A stretch of 64,000 nucleotides of DNA, from the NCBI RefSeq assembly GCF_000315625.1, contig NW_005434667.1, forward strand, positions 1,045,061-1,109,060, given 5' to 3'. Below the pieces are notes generated by a model. The model was not told where the DNA came from. It searched no databases and saw only the letters and a program-made list of their open reading frames with translations. The translations under genes and the position numbers were made by a program. Source of the DNA: Guillardia theta CCMP2712. Lineage: Eukaryota; Protista; Cryptophyta. Below, piece after piece: positions 1 to 13,100 of the stretch (its first letter is position 1; the number at the start of each line of letters is the position of its first letter).

Positions 1-633
1 ATGGTGCTTGAGGTACCATGAAGTAGTCTTGTCGCAGACGAAAATGATTTGAATTGTCCAGTCAATCGTCTTTGAAGCAGCATTGATTCTACAAAGAACA
101 GGTCAATCACGTTGCCCACCAGCAGTCACCTTATCCGAATCTACATGTAAACGGAGCCATCTCTCTGTTCTCCCTCACCTTTATGAAAGCCCTGTCTGTT
201 GATTCTGCTACCAAACTAGAGCAGAAAGAACACGAACCTTTGGTGCTATGATCCCATCGCGATTTCCCTGAGCCCTGCAGCAGGTTGCCGCGGCAATTCC
301 TCGCTCCTCATCTACCCTATCATTTCCTACACATTGAAGTCTGTAATTCTTGACTGAACTGCATTCTCTTCTTCTTCTACCCTCTGATTTATCGTCGTGA
401 TGTGAATGCTACGTTCAGGTCCCTCATCACTGTCCCTCTGGCGCTGCCATGGAAACATACCAATTTGTAAAACTTAAAAAGATTCTTGTAAAACACAAAC
501 CAGTTCACTGCAGAGTTCCTGTACGACTCGAAGAAACATGTCTCCGTAGGAGATAACAAGACTGCGGAGAGGAGATAGATTAGTTAGATAATCACTGGCT
601 CTGCAATGGGAATTTGATCTCCTCATGACTCAT
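1..633 (-). CDS. possible 5' part of a spliced hypothetical gene running off the window start
   Basis: GT..AG-bounded ~50-nt gaps and an open exon (HSHHDDKSEGRRRRECSSVKNYRLQCVGNDRVDEERG...); no recognisable motif. Confidence 0.3.
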
Positions 634-696
634 GGTGTCGTTGGAAGTTCTTCAGTGATTATTTCTTAGATTCGGTTAACGTTAGCAATACTGGAA

Positions 697-2748
697 CTAT
701 GCACTCTTGACGCTCGTCGTCAAGACGTCGCGGTAGTCGCTCGGCTCGTAAGGAGCGAAGACCTCGGCGAGGTAGTTGGTACCTTTCCGCCGATGAGGAA
801 TCTTCATGTCTTTCAGCAGCTCATCGTGGTAGTGGATCCAGTGCGCCAGAATTATTCCAGCCCGAGAAGTCGTAAATGGCATCCACGATCTCTTCCATTC
901 CTGCCAATCCTTCAGCTCGAACGCCCAATCAACCTTGTAAGATTCACCTTTATCTTGTTGATTTCATCTGCCATCACGCTTGGTTCGGGCTGTTTCAGCT
1001 CTCCGTTCAAAAGGCGAGCGAGCCACTCAGATTGTATGGCGAAGGTTGTGATGTTGGAGAGGCTTGCTGACTCAGCGCCTACGAAGGCCATGTCGGGGAC
1101 ATGTGATGGCAGGATGTGCCTGTACAGGTACAGTCCATCTTCTTCCACTCCAAGCTGTTTGACTGCAAATCATCTTCAACGTCGTATATGCAGTCTACTG
1201 GATACATACCCATCGCTGCATCGAAGAAGGCGTACTTCTTCAAGAATCCTGTACCAAGAACCACTACATCAGCCTCCAGCTTGCTTCCGTCCTTCAGAAT
1301 GACACCATCCTGAGTAAATCTTTGAATTTCTCCTTGGACTGTCTGGACTTTCCCTGCGCTAACCATGTTGGTGAATGTTGGGCAGTGAATCTGTGCGTAT
1401 CCATAGAAATCCTTGACAAAGTCCATGCTTGGTTTCCATTTGCCCTTGTGATTGAATTGGAAAGCGAAGATTGCTTCCACGACCCGAAAGGCTCCACTGA
1501 TCACGGGCGAAAGGATTTGATGGGCAATCTTGATGGCTGCCCCTTGCGAGGGCCAAGCTCCCTTATACCAGCTCACAAGTGCTTGACCAAATCGACTAGC
1601 GAAGACGAAACGAACAGGGATGAGACCAGCGATGAGGCGAGGTGTTCCCCAATGGGCGTTTCTAAATAGAAGTGTCGATCTGTTTCCCACCTCCCCAGCG
1701 TTCATTGCAATGTCGATCGCAGACTTGCCGGAACCGACAACAACAACTTTCTTTCCTTCGGAGATCGACGGGCTGAGGTACTCGCTGGAGTGTAAGATCT
1801 TCCCCGCGAATTGACCCTGTTAATCGGTCAATTTCAACCAGCAACGATTCCCAGAGCTGTACCTCATTTTCGTAATGAATCCTGTTCGGCGTGGTAGAGT
1901 ACATACCTTGGCAGATGACGGTGTAATCGAACGTGTGTTTCTCTTGGTTTCCAGTTGGGGTCTTGACAGTCAATTCCCATCCCCGTTCTCCGTCAGGTCT
2001 TCGGGCAATCTTCTCCACGGTCGTGTTCAGCCTGCCATCATTCATCACTTCAGAATGCTGTTCTGTTCGATGTACCTAGTCTTCGATAGAATATCATGCT
2101 TGATAGCAAATGACTTGATATACTCTTGGATCTCAGGACCAGATGCATAATCACCGTATGAAGCAGGGAAATCGGGAAACTCGAAGAGTTTACGTTGAAC
2201 CTAAAAGTCTAGTCAGCCATTTGCCTGAGGTAGCTGAATTTGTCAGCACCTGAATTCCAAAGCCAGTGTAATTTTCTCGCCAAAGACCTCCAACATCAGG
2301 CGCCTTATCAAAAAGAACACAGTCGAACCCCCTCTCCTTGAGTGACCGAGCAACTTGCAGGCCTGCAACACCGGCGCCCACAATTCCAATTTTCTTCACT
2401 TTCGATCCTGAAGTGGAGAAGAATCTGTTTCGAAAAGGAATGAGGAGCAACTCAAATTCGCCCGTCCATCCTAAGATATTTTCTAAGAACCTTTTAAGTT
2501 TCTCTCCTTGTAATTTGATGCTTTCACTATCCCTCTTTTACTCTTACAATACCATTAGGTCCTATTTCAATCCCTCCAATTGTTTTGCACTTCCTGCCCC
2601 CAGAAACATTTTGTGAATGCACGTAGGGAGATTGCGTTTCTGTCTATCTCCACCCTTCCTGTCTTGTCTATAGTCTGCCTGCCTGCTGCCTGCATTTGCT
2701 CTGCAATTTCGTCTCAATTGCTTACCTTCCTCGCACCGCTGGCAGCAT
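697..2748 (-). CDS. flavin-containing monooxygenase (class B FMO), multi-exon
   Basis: Spliced N-terminus MLPAVRGR|FFSTSGSKVKKIGIVGAGVAGL (FAD GxGxxG); FMO fingerprint FAGKILHSSEY (~1778-1810); NADPH motif VVVVGSGKSAIDIA; C-terminal VVLGTGF; GT-AG introns at about 2425-2725, 2200-2249, 1817-1862, 1155-1209, 901-947. Confidence 0.9.
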
Positions 2749-3182
2749 GGTGTCGAAGGGAGCAAATATCGTAGATGGTGGGGTGGGGGGTTGCCCCTAA
2801 ACCCCATTGGGGTTTTACAGAATGGCAAAGGATTGAGAAAGGAGGGGTGGTAGAGAATGAGGCACAGTGATGAGTGCGGACGGGTGGTGGGGTACTCGAA
2901 TTGGACGCGGCACGGGCCGCGTCCAGATTCAAAAAAAATAAAAAAAGAAACAAGAAAAAAAGAAGAAAAAAGAAGAAAAAAGAAGAAAAGAATTTCAACA
3001 TTCCCCCACAGTGACAAGATTTCGTCAACTCCCTGACGATTTTTATAATATATTTTCATTCCCCTTTTGTATCAAATAAAATCTTTTTAGCAGTCAAAAC
3101 TTTTAAGTATCCAGTACTCATTTAAATTATTTTTGAATCAAATCACAATCAGTCTGATTTTAAAAAGATAAATCTCGGTCAC

Positions 3183-6100
3183 ATGGACAGAATGCTGCCG
3201 GCAGCGGAGGACAGGATGCGGCGAGAAATGGATAGCATAGACGAAAGAATGTGAGCGACACGTGTCATGACATCTCATATGACCATGCCGTATCTCGCAC
3301 ATAACATAGCATCGCATCATATGAATCATATTCAACAGGACGGAATGATGTGACTTGAAGCTGCAGGTTTAGAAGACAGAAGATCATTGTAGCCTTATGC
3401 TTTCTGTCTCTCTTCATTGGGGTTGTGATTAACGAGAAATGTGCTTCTGTCGACTATATCAACGGATATACATCAGATGGCTCTACTGTTCCTGTTCCAG
3501 ACATCGGCAATGTTCCTCGGAGCTGTGATTCTACCCTTGGGTCCAACTTGAAATATCTCTCGACTTTGCTAGCGATCGTGATGGTTATTTTCATGGTAAG
3601 GACAGTAGATATACAGAGCCCGCCTATCATGATAAATTATCGCAGATCATGCATTCAAAAGATGGCCACGGGAAAGCAAAGATCGTTAGAATCGTTCAAA
3701 AGAAGGCTTTTACTCTTCCCAACCAAATTCTGAGTGCAGCTATCATTTGTCTGGAAGTGGTCATAGTCTTCGTCCACATAGTAAGTCTTGCTGATAAGAC
3801 GTCAATTCTGTAATGTTCATCTTTTCAGCCTCCAAAGATTCAGAAAGATTTTCAAGTCCAAGTCTTGGGAGTGACGATATACTATAGATTTGAGTCTATA
3901 GCTTGTGCGATCATGATTGCAAGGCTGTATCACTCCGGAAAACTCTTAATAATGTTTGCAGAACAAAATTACTTCTCCGCCAAGAATTCGTTGCTAATGC
4001 AGGACATGAGTACGTTCAGGCAGATTCAAGATCAACCTTTATTGCGTCGAGCATTGGCCCTGAAGCTCCTTATTACTAGACATCCGATATACACGCTCCT
4101 GTTCTTCCTTTGCCATCTTTTCTTCTCACAGACTTACTTGCTTCGAATAGCTGGTAAGAGATGTCTGAGAATGGAGAAAACGTCATTGTGTCTGATTGGA
4201 TTCATCAGAGGGACCTGCTTATCAGCCTCACAGCAAGTATTGGGCAGACCAGATGTGGGTGATAGTCACGCAGGTGAGCTTTCGTATGCGTTGCCATGTG
4301 CTCATGCTGACTGGTCTTTCAGGGGACAACAGGGGACGGCACGTCGCAGCCGATGACCCACGTGGGGAGGCTTGCAGCAGTGATTGTCATCGTTTCCATG
4401 GCAATCATCCTCGCCTTTTTAACGTCTTCTACGACGCGAACGCTGCTGCTGTCGAATCAAGAAGAAGTCTTGCTTTCAAAGCACAAACGCAATGAATACC
4501 TGAGTGTTGTGATTAACTCTGCGGCGAAGATCATACAGCACTGGTGGAGAAATCAACATCTCTATCGCAACACCCAATCCTACAGGGGCGGACGGACGCA
4601 AGATAGACAAAAAGCGCAACGAAACTTGGAGAAACTCAGAGTTGCGAGAAACTTGGAGAGGATGAGAAATTCGAACAAGAGCATGCGGAACGTGCAGGAC
4701 CGAGAGTCTTCTCCTCGTCCCAAGTCTGTTGATCAAACAAGAGTTGGAGGAACTTCCTCAAAATCCTGGGACTGCCTCGCACTTTTCAAGCAAGAATCCT
4801 ATACAACAGATGTCGCAGAGAAGAAGACAATGTTGCGAAAAGAATTCCTTCATGCCGTCCATGTCCTCAAACACTTCACGCAGGGAACGGAAGGAAACAT
4901 TCTGTCTAGCCTTGCTGCCATGATGCCAGCAAGTGGCTCGCCAATGCGGGAGAGCGTCAGAGGGTCTACACGAAATGGTCACTCAGTGACGAGGAACAGC
5001 TTCCGAGGTCAGAGAAGCCTAGCGGCTGGATGGTCCACCAAGGAGAGGGAGTCGAGGACACCGCAAAGCAAGGCAGGACCGGAGGGAGTGAAACTTTCTC
5101 TCCCTCCTCGACGCAGAAATGAAGTCGAGAACGATCTGAGCGATGACTCAGGTGTCTCTCCCGCTACTTACCTCCCTCTCAACCTTTTCCCTCTGAATGT
5201 CTCTGCCACTTTGTACTCTCTCGTCAACTTTCCACCTCATGCGTCGATATGGACTTCTTTCTGATTTTCTTGTTTCCACAGAATTTTCTCCTGCTCAATC
5301 CTTCTGGCAAGCCCATCCTCTGCGCGGTATGAATCAGGTGAATCAGGTTGCCGACGATAATGTCGAAGAAATCAAAACCATGCTGTCACGCATCGAGTCA
5401 AGGATGGATGGCATGCAAGGAGCCATCAAGCTGCTGAATCAGAAGTTTGATTCGCTCATGGAGCAGCAGTACCTGATTCTCACCGAGAAGGAGCAGGAGC
5501 TCCTCGATGAAGAGCAGCTGTCGGCTGCTCGATCTGAGACATCAGAGAACAAGTTCTTCGGGGAATTCGCCGGCGGCATGCGGCCCAACTTTCCCTTCTC
5601 ATCGGGTGGCATCGTGAGGATGCAGTGCGAGGCTCGCCCCACGTTCACGCGCGACAAGTCGGAGTCTGACACAGAGCTTGACACGTTCATCACTGACAAC
5701 AGCGCCATGGCCAACACAGACAGACAGATGCAGCCCAAACGGATGTCAGATACTCTACCTGCCCGCACCACCAATGGTCCCCTTGGGAATTCTAACACTC
5801 TTCCTGCCCGTACGGCCAACGGCCTGAGGGCTAAGACTCCTCCTCTCTCAGCAGCCGCTCCTTCCTCTGCTCTCCCAGCAGCAGCTCCTTCCTCTGCTCT
5901 CCCAGCAGCAGCTCCTTCCCCCAGCCCTGCAGGCACGCCCAACGCCGGAGTCAATGACCTTGAGGGTGCGCCAGAACGATCAGGTGAGAAATTCCTCTGC
6001 CTTCTCCTTCCTGACCCCCTCCAGGTCCTCAAGTCAGTCACAAGCCAATTCCCTTCCTCTCCCCAGAGCAGCCGGACCTCGTCCTGGTCGGAAAGTCTCC

Positions 6101-6855
6101 TTCAACTCGTAGGCAGGGGGGGGCGGAGCTCCACAAGATCACTTCAGTGTCTGGCAACCGGACGAGGCTGCATGCTAGGTTGCAAGCAGAGCTTGACCTC
6201 CGCCGCCCTCCTCGCCGCTGGTTCATGCTTCAACAGAACCTCTCCACTGTCAACGTTGCGTCCCCTTCCTGGGTCCGCAGCAGCGACAGAGGAGCTCGGG
6301 ACGGCAGCAGGGAGCACTTCACACCGCCATCCCCATGGGTGAGCTCGCAATCGCCGGGCAGCAGACAGCAGTCTCCCAGCATCCCTCCTCTACGTGTGGA
6401 CATCGCAACCAGCCAACTCAACGTGGAGAGGCAGGTGGAAGTTCAAGAGCCGTCGGGGGCAGCAGCAAAGGGGCAGATGGGGGAAGGAGCCTCCTTCCAG
6501 CACAAACGGACGTCCGTGGGCACACCAAGGGGGGAGGCAAGGAAGGAGAGCGCGAGGGGGAACGAGCACAAGGGCGAGCAGGGCCCCGTGCCTCAGCTGT
6601 TTGTGCATGAGTTGGGTCAGGCTCTAGATCGCGCAGGTAATGACTCGCGTTGACCTCCTACGTGAGGAGGACCTGACGGTCGCTGCGCTAGAGGCCCGCA
6701 TGAGAAGCAAGAGGTTCAGCAGTACCCCACCTGTGCTCGGCTCCTACCGTCCTGGGAGTGCCGCGAAGTTCCTGCATGGAAAGCTGAGCTACAACGTGCT
6801 GCTGAACTCGGATCAGATCAGATCATCCAAATCTTCGAGATCCGATCAAGCCTGA
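3183..6855 (+). CDS. SK/KCNN-like six-transmembrane cation channel with long low-complexity C-terminus
   Basis: Spliced segments LEVVIVFVHIPP (S3), IMIARLYHSGKLL (S4), ALKLLITRHPIYTLLF..YLLRIAE (S5), WADQMWVIVTQ|GTTGDGTSQPMTHVGR (pore), AAKIIQHWWR (CaM/IQ-like) and a coiled coil (~5360-5500) parallel the KCNN motifs. ATG at 3183; introns include 3251-3366, 3596-3645, 4274-4322. Confidence 0.85.
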
Positions 6856-7001
6856 AGCAACATTGTTGTACATCGTTGTGATTAAACAAGTCGACATGTG
6901 AAAACATGCTCTCTATTCACAAGCTAAAGTTCAACAGGCAAATGGGCTTCAAAGAATATCTCTTCATCAGAATGCACTTGATCATGGTGGATCTCTCCCT
7001 G

Positions 7002-7418
7002 CTACTTCGTGAATTTCGGAGGCTCTTTGCTCAGCTGCTCCATCCTCTCATCTATCAGTTTCTTCCTATCTTTTGCTAGCTGATTGTTTCGGTGACGAGC
7101 ATTTTCCTGGATTCAGAACTCAGATCGAGACAACGCTCTAATCTTGTTATGTTCACCAGCTCACGAGCATTGCAGGTATCCAGCCGCATCCTCAGCTCGT
7201 CGCACTTCCCCACAAACTTCCCGAAGCTGGCTTCTTTCACCAGGACACAATCGTAGTACGCCTTGTAGAAAGGCTCACATACTGGATACTTGTTCGGCTT
7301 CACACTCTGTTCAATCAATCATCATCAGAGTGAGCCTACCAATCGTTTCTCGCCCGCCTATCCTTGAGAGCTACCTTGACTGATTATTATCTCCGTTTCT
7401 CCTCACGACACCTTTCAT
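7002..7418 (-). CDS. twin Cx9C mitochondrial intermembrane-space protein, Cmc2/Cmc1-like COX assembly factor
   Basis: YPVCEPFYKAYYDC...FGKFVGKCDELRMRLDTC contains two Cx9C motifs plus the GKFxGxC signature; three exons inferred. Confidence 0.75.
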
Positions 7419-8153
7419 GTTCGCCCTGAATTCTAATGTTCAACATGCGGCCTCATTGTTTCCTACTCAAACATCACACATCCCCGTCTTGACTCGACCT
7501 CACCTACCCCACACTCCTCCTACAACTACCAGTACTAGTACTACTACTGCCCCTGCCTGTGTGCATGTTCACATAACCTTGCCATTGATGGTCGGCGGCT
7601 TCTTGTAGTCTGGGTCAGCTCCGTACTCTGTCTGTGTCAGCGGAGACTGCATTGCGCTGTACCCAATCCGCTACCACCCTCCAAAACAACAAAGGCCCCT
7701 TTAGGCGACAGCTCGGAGACAAGTACCGGTTATTTTAAACTAAATTACAGGGGTATATGGGATTCATTGAGGGGTGAGGGGTACTACCCTTGAAGGTGCT
7801 ACCCCAGAAGTACGACTGCTCTACGTTTGAGGATGACCCACCCCGATTTACGTGTTGATAATTCATACTAAATAGTGGGTGGGGTACCATTTTGCTGAAG
7901 GAGGGGTAGAATTAATGGGAGAAAGAGGGGTGAGAATTGTCTGCGGGGTACTCGACCTCGTCTCCCGCCAGTCTCGCCCGTCATGCAGAAAGGAAGACGA
8001 GGACAACGTGGATGAGTGAGAGGAGGAGGACGAGAGGCGTTTTCATCCATGATCATGGTCCTTTATGCCTAACACTTCCTTGATTTTGAGGACCTTAGTA
8101 CAAAATTGTGCCTGAGGAAAGCTGAGAATAGTTTAGATCGTGGACTGAAAACG

Positions 8154-9539
8154 ATGGTTCGTAAATCTACATGCACTACTGGTGACCTGGCCAATAATAT
8201 CGACAAGCTTCGTCGAGAACTGTTACAATGTAAGTATCCTGGTCCTTTGGATACGAGAGCCTGGAAGAAAGGAAATCCAGCGGACTTGCTTCCTCTGATG
8301 CATTACGCGCTGCTTGGATATTCGAAGTGGGTGCACGATTATCTTGTGGAGAAGGGCTACGATTTGTTTTCGAAGACAGACATTCGATTTGTTGAGACCA
8401 TACAGAAGATCATGAGGGAAGAGTTTGACTATCAACCACAGGTGTGTCTCCGCCTTTGCTACTCTTTCAACCCCTGACTCTGTTCACAGCTTCGGGTAGA
8501 CCAATTTTTCATGGATGGTTTTGTCGAGAGGAAGATCATCTTGGTACACGACTTGCTCAAACTCTGCCAGAAATGCCATTGTGAAATCCGAAGAAGCTCC
8601 AGATCTACTTCAGAATCCAGCAAGGACAGGTCCTCAGGAGCTCTCAAGAAAGTGACCCCAGGCAGATTTGTGAATGGGGGAGAGCTGGGGCTGTCCTCTG
8701 ACCCAGAGAACGAGGATGCTGCTCCTCCACGACCTCTCAAGCCTCCTACCCCACAACAGTTCGGCTCCTCCTTCCTCGAGCTCCCGTCTCCGACACCGAA
8801 GGTGCAACAGACGGACCGGTCAGACGTTGGCTTGCCGCAGATGATGACGGCAGACAGTTTGTCGTCGATCTATGTCGTGAACGAGATGCACAGATCTTCG
8901 ACGGAACTGACGACTTCGCAAGAAGAAAAACACTCGTCCAATTCAAGGTTTCAAGCACCGGTGCATACCAGGGGAAGGGTGGTGAGGGAGGTCGAACAAG
9001 ATCGAATGTCGATTCAAGAAATGGACAGGATGGAGGAGTTGGAGGGAATGCGAATGAAAGTCGCTGGCCTTGAAAGACAGATGGAGCAATTTTACCTCGT
9101 TACAGAGAAGGTCCGACAGTTGGAGCACGAGTTGAAGGCCGCAAGTCTCATATCAGATGGCAAGATCCGATTCCTCGAAGAGAGGGTAGCAGCGCTAGAA
9201 AATCAGCTTGAGTTGAAGGAGGGCAAGGAGTTAGCTGAAGGTGTCATCCCTCACAAGAAGACTGACATTCAAGAGCTTCAAGGATCCTCTGAGCTCATCA
9301 ACTTTGCGCCTGAAGGCAGCAATGCTCACCGTGGCGATGGAGGGAGCATACAGGATCGAAAGTCTCAAGGAGCTCCTGCTGCCACTGTGCTGGAGGTGCC
9401 GTCAGCGGCGAGCGAGCCAGCTTTCGATCTCGTGGACCAGGAAGGAGAAATCACGGACGAGAAACTCAAAACTTTCATCTCGAGCATCCGACAGAGATTC
9501 AAAGAAACTCACGAGCTCCTGCGATCCACAAGGAAGTGA
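8154..9539 (+). CDS. CEP44: centrosomal protein CEP44
   Basis: TGDLANNIDKLRRELLQCKYP..KGNPADLLPLMHYALLGYS..KTDIRFVETIQKIMREEFDYQPQ|LRVDQFFMDGFVERKI matches the CEP44 N-terminal domain; intron 8442-8489; C-terminal coiled coil. Confidence 0.85.
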
Positions 9540-9828
9540 AAGCAGCGAGAGGTACAAAGAGTGGCCTCAAATCTATGGAATGTTGTAAATGAATGAATGG
9601 CGTGATCTTATACCGACATTGCCTGTTATTGCCTGACCTGACGATTTCTTGAATTACTTGGAAGTTACGTGGTCCTTCTGATCGTTAGGTTGTCAAACTT
9701 TGACTAGGAGAGGCAGCGTGGGTGAGGTAGTGTTGATCACCGGTGCATGATATGGAATCATCCTGATATTGACTAGGTAGGGTAGGAAATGAGGAGGGGT
9801 AGGGGTGAACGAAAAGGAGCCGCGCACC

Positions 9829-10077
9829 ATGAAGCTCATGAAACGGCTGATGGGAAGAGGAGGAGGGAAGGAAGGAGGAGGGAAGGGAGAAGCAGAAGAG
9901 AAGGACGTGGATGAAAATACAAGAGGAGGAGCAGGAAAACCGGGAATCCGCAGAGGTTCGGACTTTGAAGGACAGGCAAGTTTCGTCTTCAAGGTGGAAG
10001 GGAGAAGGAAACCCGATGATCATTACGAGGAGGAGTATGAGGAGGACGAGGAGGACGAGGAGGACGAGGAGGACGAG

Positions 10078-10109
<32 letters not shown>

Positions 10110-13100
10110 AGAAGAAGAAGAAGAAGAAATGGAATATGAATATGACGAAGATGACCAAGGCAAGCATCAGTCCGAAAGTCAGAATGGACATTTGACAGAT
10201 GAGCAGAGTGAAGAGGAGGATGAAATTTACAATCAGAATCCAAGGAGAGAGTACAAGAAGCTTCAAACAGACAGTGGAAACTTGATATCGGAAAAGAGTG
10301 ATGTTTCCATATCAGAAAAATCGTTCATGTCCCCGGACAACTCTTATCACGCAAACTCGTATGTCCCTTCGAAGGATCTGTTCCATCAAGATGACGGCAC
10401 ATATGAGTCTGATGAAGCTGAGGAGCATCAAAAGGAATCTGGCGAAGTCGAAGTTATCGCTACAACCAGCACAAGTGAGCGACACAGCATGGACAGGTCT
10501 CAACGGGAGCAATCGGTCGGGAGGACTGAAGCTCTTATGTACTCAGGCAGCAGCTCTCAAGCAGGAGACTTCGATCATCTGCAAGAGCTAGGGGTTGACT
10601 TCTACTCGGTCAAGAGCACTCGTCCTCGTCCTCGCGAAATCACCCCGAGATATTTCGACCCGCGAGTCCCTTGGACCCCAGGGCGGTCGGGCGCGACCAC
10701 AACGTTCCAAACTCCGCATGAGACGAGGTCACCGTCAAGAGGAGCGACGGGAAGTCCTATGAACGAGAGGAGAGGAGTACTGAAGAGAAGCTCCGCCGAG
10801 ATGGCCCAGGTTGTCCACGACAATGCCTTACACTCTAGTCGCCCTTCAGTGGATCCGAATCATCATCAGCTGCCAGGAGAAGGTAGTCAAGGCAGTCCAG
10901 CAGCCGAGCCGGAGGATCAGAGTGATGGCTCTAACGGTGAGGATGAGGATGAGCACTCTAGTGAGGTGACAGACGAAGAATCGAGCATGGGAGGAGGGGA
11001 AGGTGGATTTAGTAGGTTACCTGAGAGGTCGATCCCGAAGCCGGAGGTCCTTCCTATCGATCCAGCAGACATCTCTCAAATGCAAGATGAGCTGAAACAG
11101 AAATTCTCCGAGTTTCTTGGTGACGACGGGGAGGACCTTGTCACCATGAAGAACTTGAGGGCATCAGATGGCAAGGAAGGGGAGAAGGAAAGAGCGGAAA
11201 TGCTGCCACCCACGCGCAGGTCTGACCATATTGATGAGGCTGATGATGCTGGCTATCGCCATTCCAACAATCTTGGGTCAAGGCTGAGCGAGATCTACAA
11301 GACCATCTTCAACCATCCCGCCAGCCATCTCGAGCTGACGTCTGGCGATTCTCACTCCATCCCCTCCTCGCGGGGCAGACCTGAGCATCATGTGGAGTTT
11401 GCTGAGGAGATGGCGGAAGGGCACACAGCGAGCTATCGGTTGAGACGAGAAGACGTGGACAGGCTCGATGGCGATCACAGGGGAAGCACGGAGAGCAGTG
11501 TGGTAGCTTACTCCGAGTGGTCAGAGATGGTGGACACGATTCGATCCTCCATAGAGAAAGACAGACCGAGCACAAGAGATTTTGAAGACGTGAACCACAA
11601 GTTCGAGGAGGAGGAGGTGGTGGAGGAGGAGGAGGAGGACGGGGACGAGGACGAGGATGAGGACGAGGACGAAATGCACATGCATGATTTCGACTATGAG
11701 GACAGCTACGAGCACACGCACGAATTCCAGCACGAGCTCGAGGACCAAGAGACTGGACAGAAGGAGGGGAGAGAGAGGATGGTCGACAGCCAGCCAGTGA
11801 GCAGGGGGAAGGACAACGAAGATTTTTCAATCTCTGAAGATTTCCATCAGTTTTCTCGTGCCTCTGCGAGTTATGCCAGCAGTTACGACTGCTCGGTCTT
11901 CTCTATCGCCTGTCATGATGCAGACGATGGGCATGACAAGGCTCACAGTCAGGTCCACAGCGCTGATCTCGAAAGGCAGGGGGGAAACTCCCGAGTTGCA
12001 GAGCGTAAGGAGGAGAGCAAAGCTGAAGTCAAGCATGGAGAGCGGAAGGAGGGGGAGCAGGAGGCTACCCCCCGCACAGTCTTCGTCGACAAACTCCTGC
12101 GCACGTTCCCTTCCAGCTTGACAGAGACCAGAAACTTCCTGTGGAACCTGCCGTGGAAGGAGCTCAAGTATATTGCGATGTGGAATGGCGTGAAGCTCTT
12201 TGGGCGGGAGAGGAGGAGGGAGCATATTGTCCACGATCTGATCAGCTGTGCTGAAGGAGGCAGTCCCATCATCCTCTCTTCCTCCTCCCCTTCTCTTCCT
12301 GGCTGTGTGCGCAGGTCGATTCCTGTCAAGGAGCTGATCCGGGAATCGAGGAGGATGAGGAACTTAGAGCAAAGACGCCACAGTGAAGCTGACGCACACG
12401 CCTCCCCTGATTACCATCACAGCAGTATCAGTAGTGGGAAGCTCCGCAGAGGCTCTGCAACTTCTGCCTACTCCTCCTCCTCCTCCTCGTTCCCCGCATC
12501 CTCGGTGCCGCTCATCCTGCAGCTGGACGGAAGGATCATGTCGGAGTACAGCGAGAAGTTGATGTCCAAGTTCCTGGTCGAAGACCTTTCGATCGCCACC
12601 AAGACCGAGACCTCGAGGTTCGTCGTCAGCAGCATCAAGCGCTCTCTCAGCGAAACGAGATTCTTCATCGTAGTTAAGCTTCACATCCTGGAAGCTGGAG
12701 GAGCTGGAGGAGCTGGAGAAGACGAGGAAGAAGAAATATCTTCTTCCAAACTCTTGCTCGAGATCACAACTCAGCTACAAGATAAGTTTGCTCCGATCTA
12801 CGACGGAAAGGTCACCAGAAGCATTCTCTCTGTCTCGATCGTCTCCAACATCGGGGAGGAAGTCGAAATTCCATCTCCCTCTCCTCGTCTCCTCGCTTCC
12901 AACAGCATATGTGGGTTGGACACGTCACGTTCCAAGGAGCTGAAGCCTCCCTCTTTCACTGGCCTAGCGCAGGATTCTCCCTCTTGCTCTCTTCCTGTCC
13001 TTGGAGAGGAGGACGAGCTTGAGGAGGCGTGTCCCCCCCTGATCCCCGTAGGAGAGTGGAGGGAGAGGGTCGACTGTCAGCCCCGGCAGGGGACTCGCGG

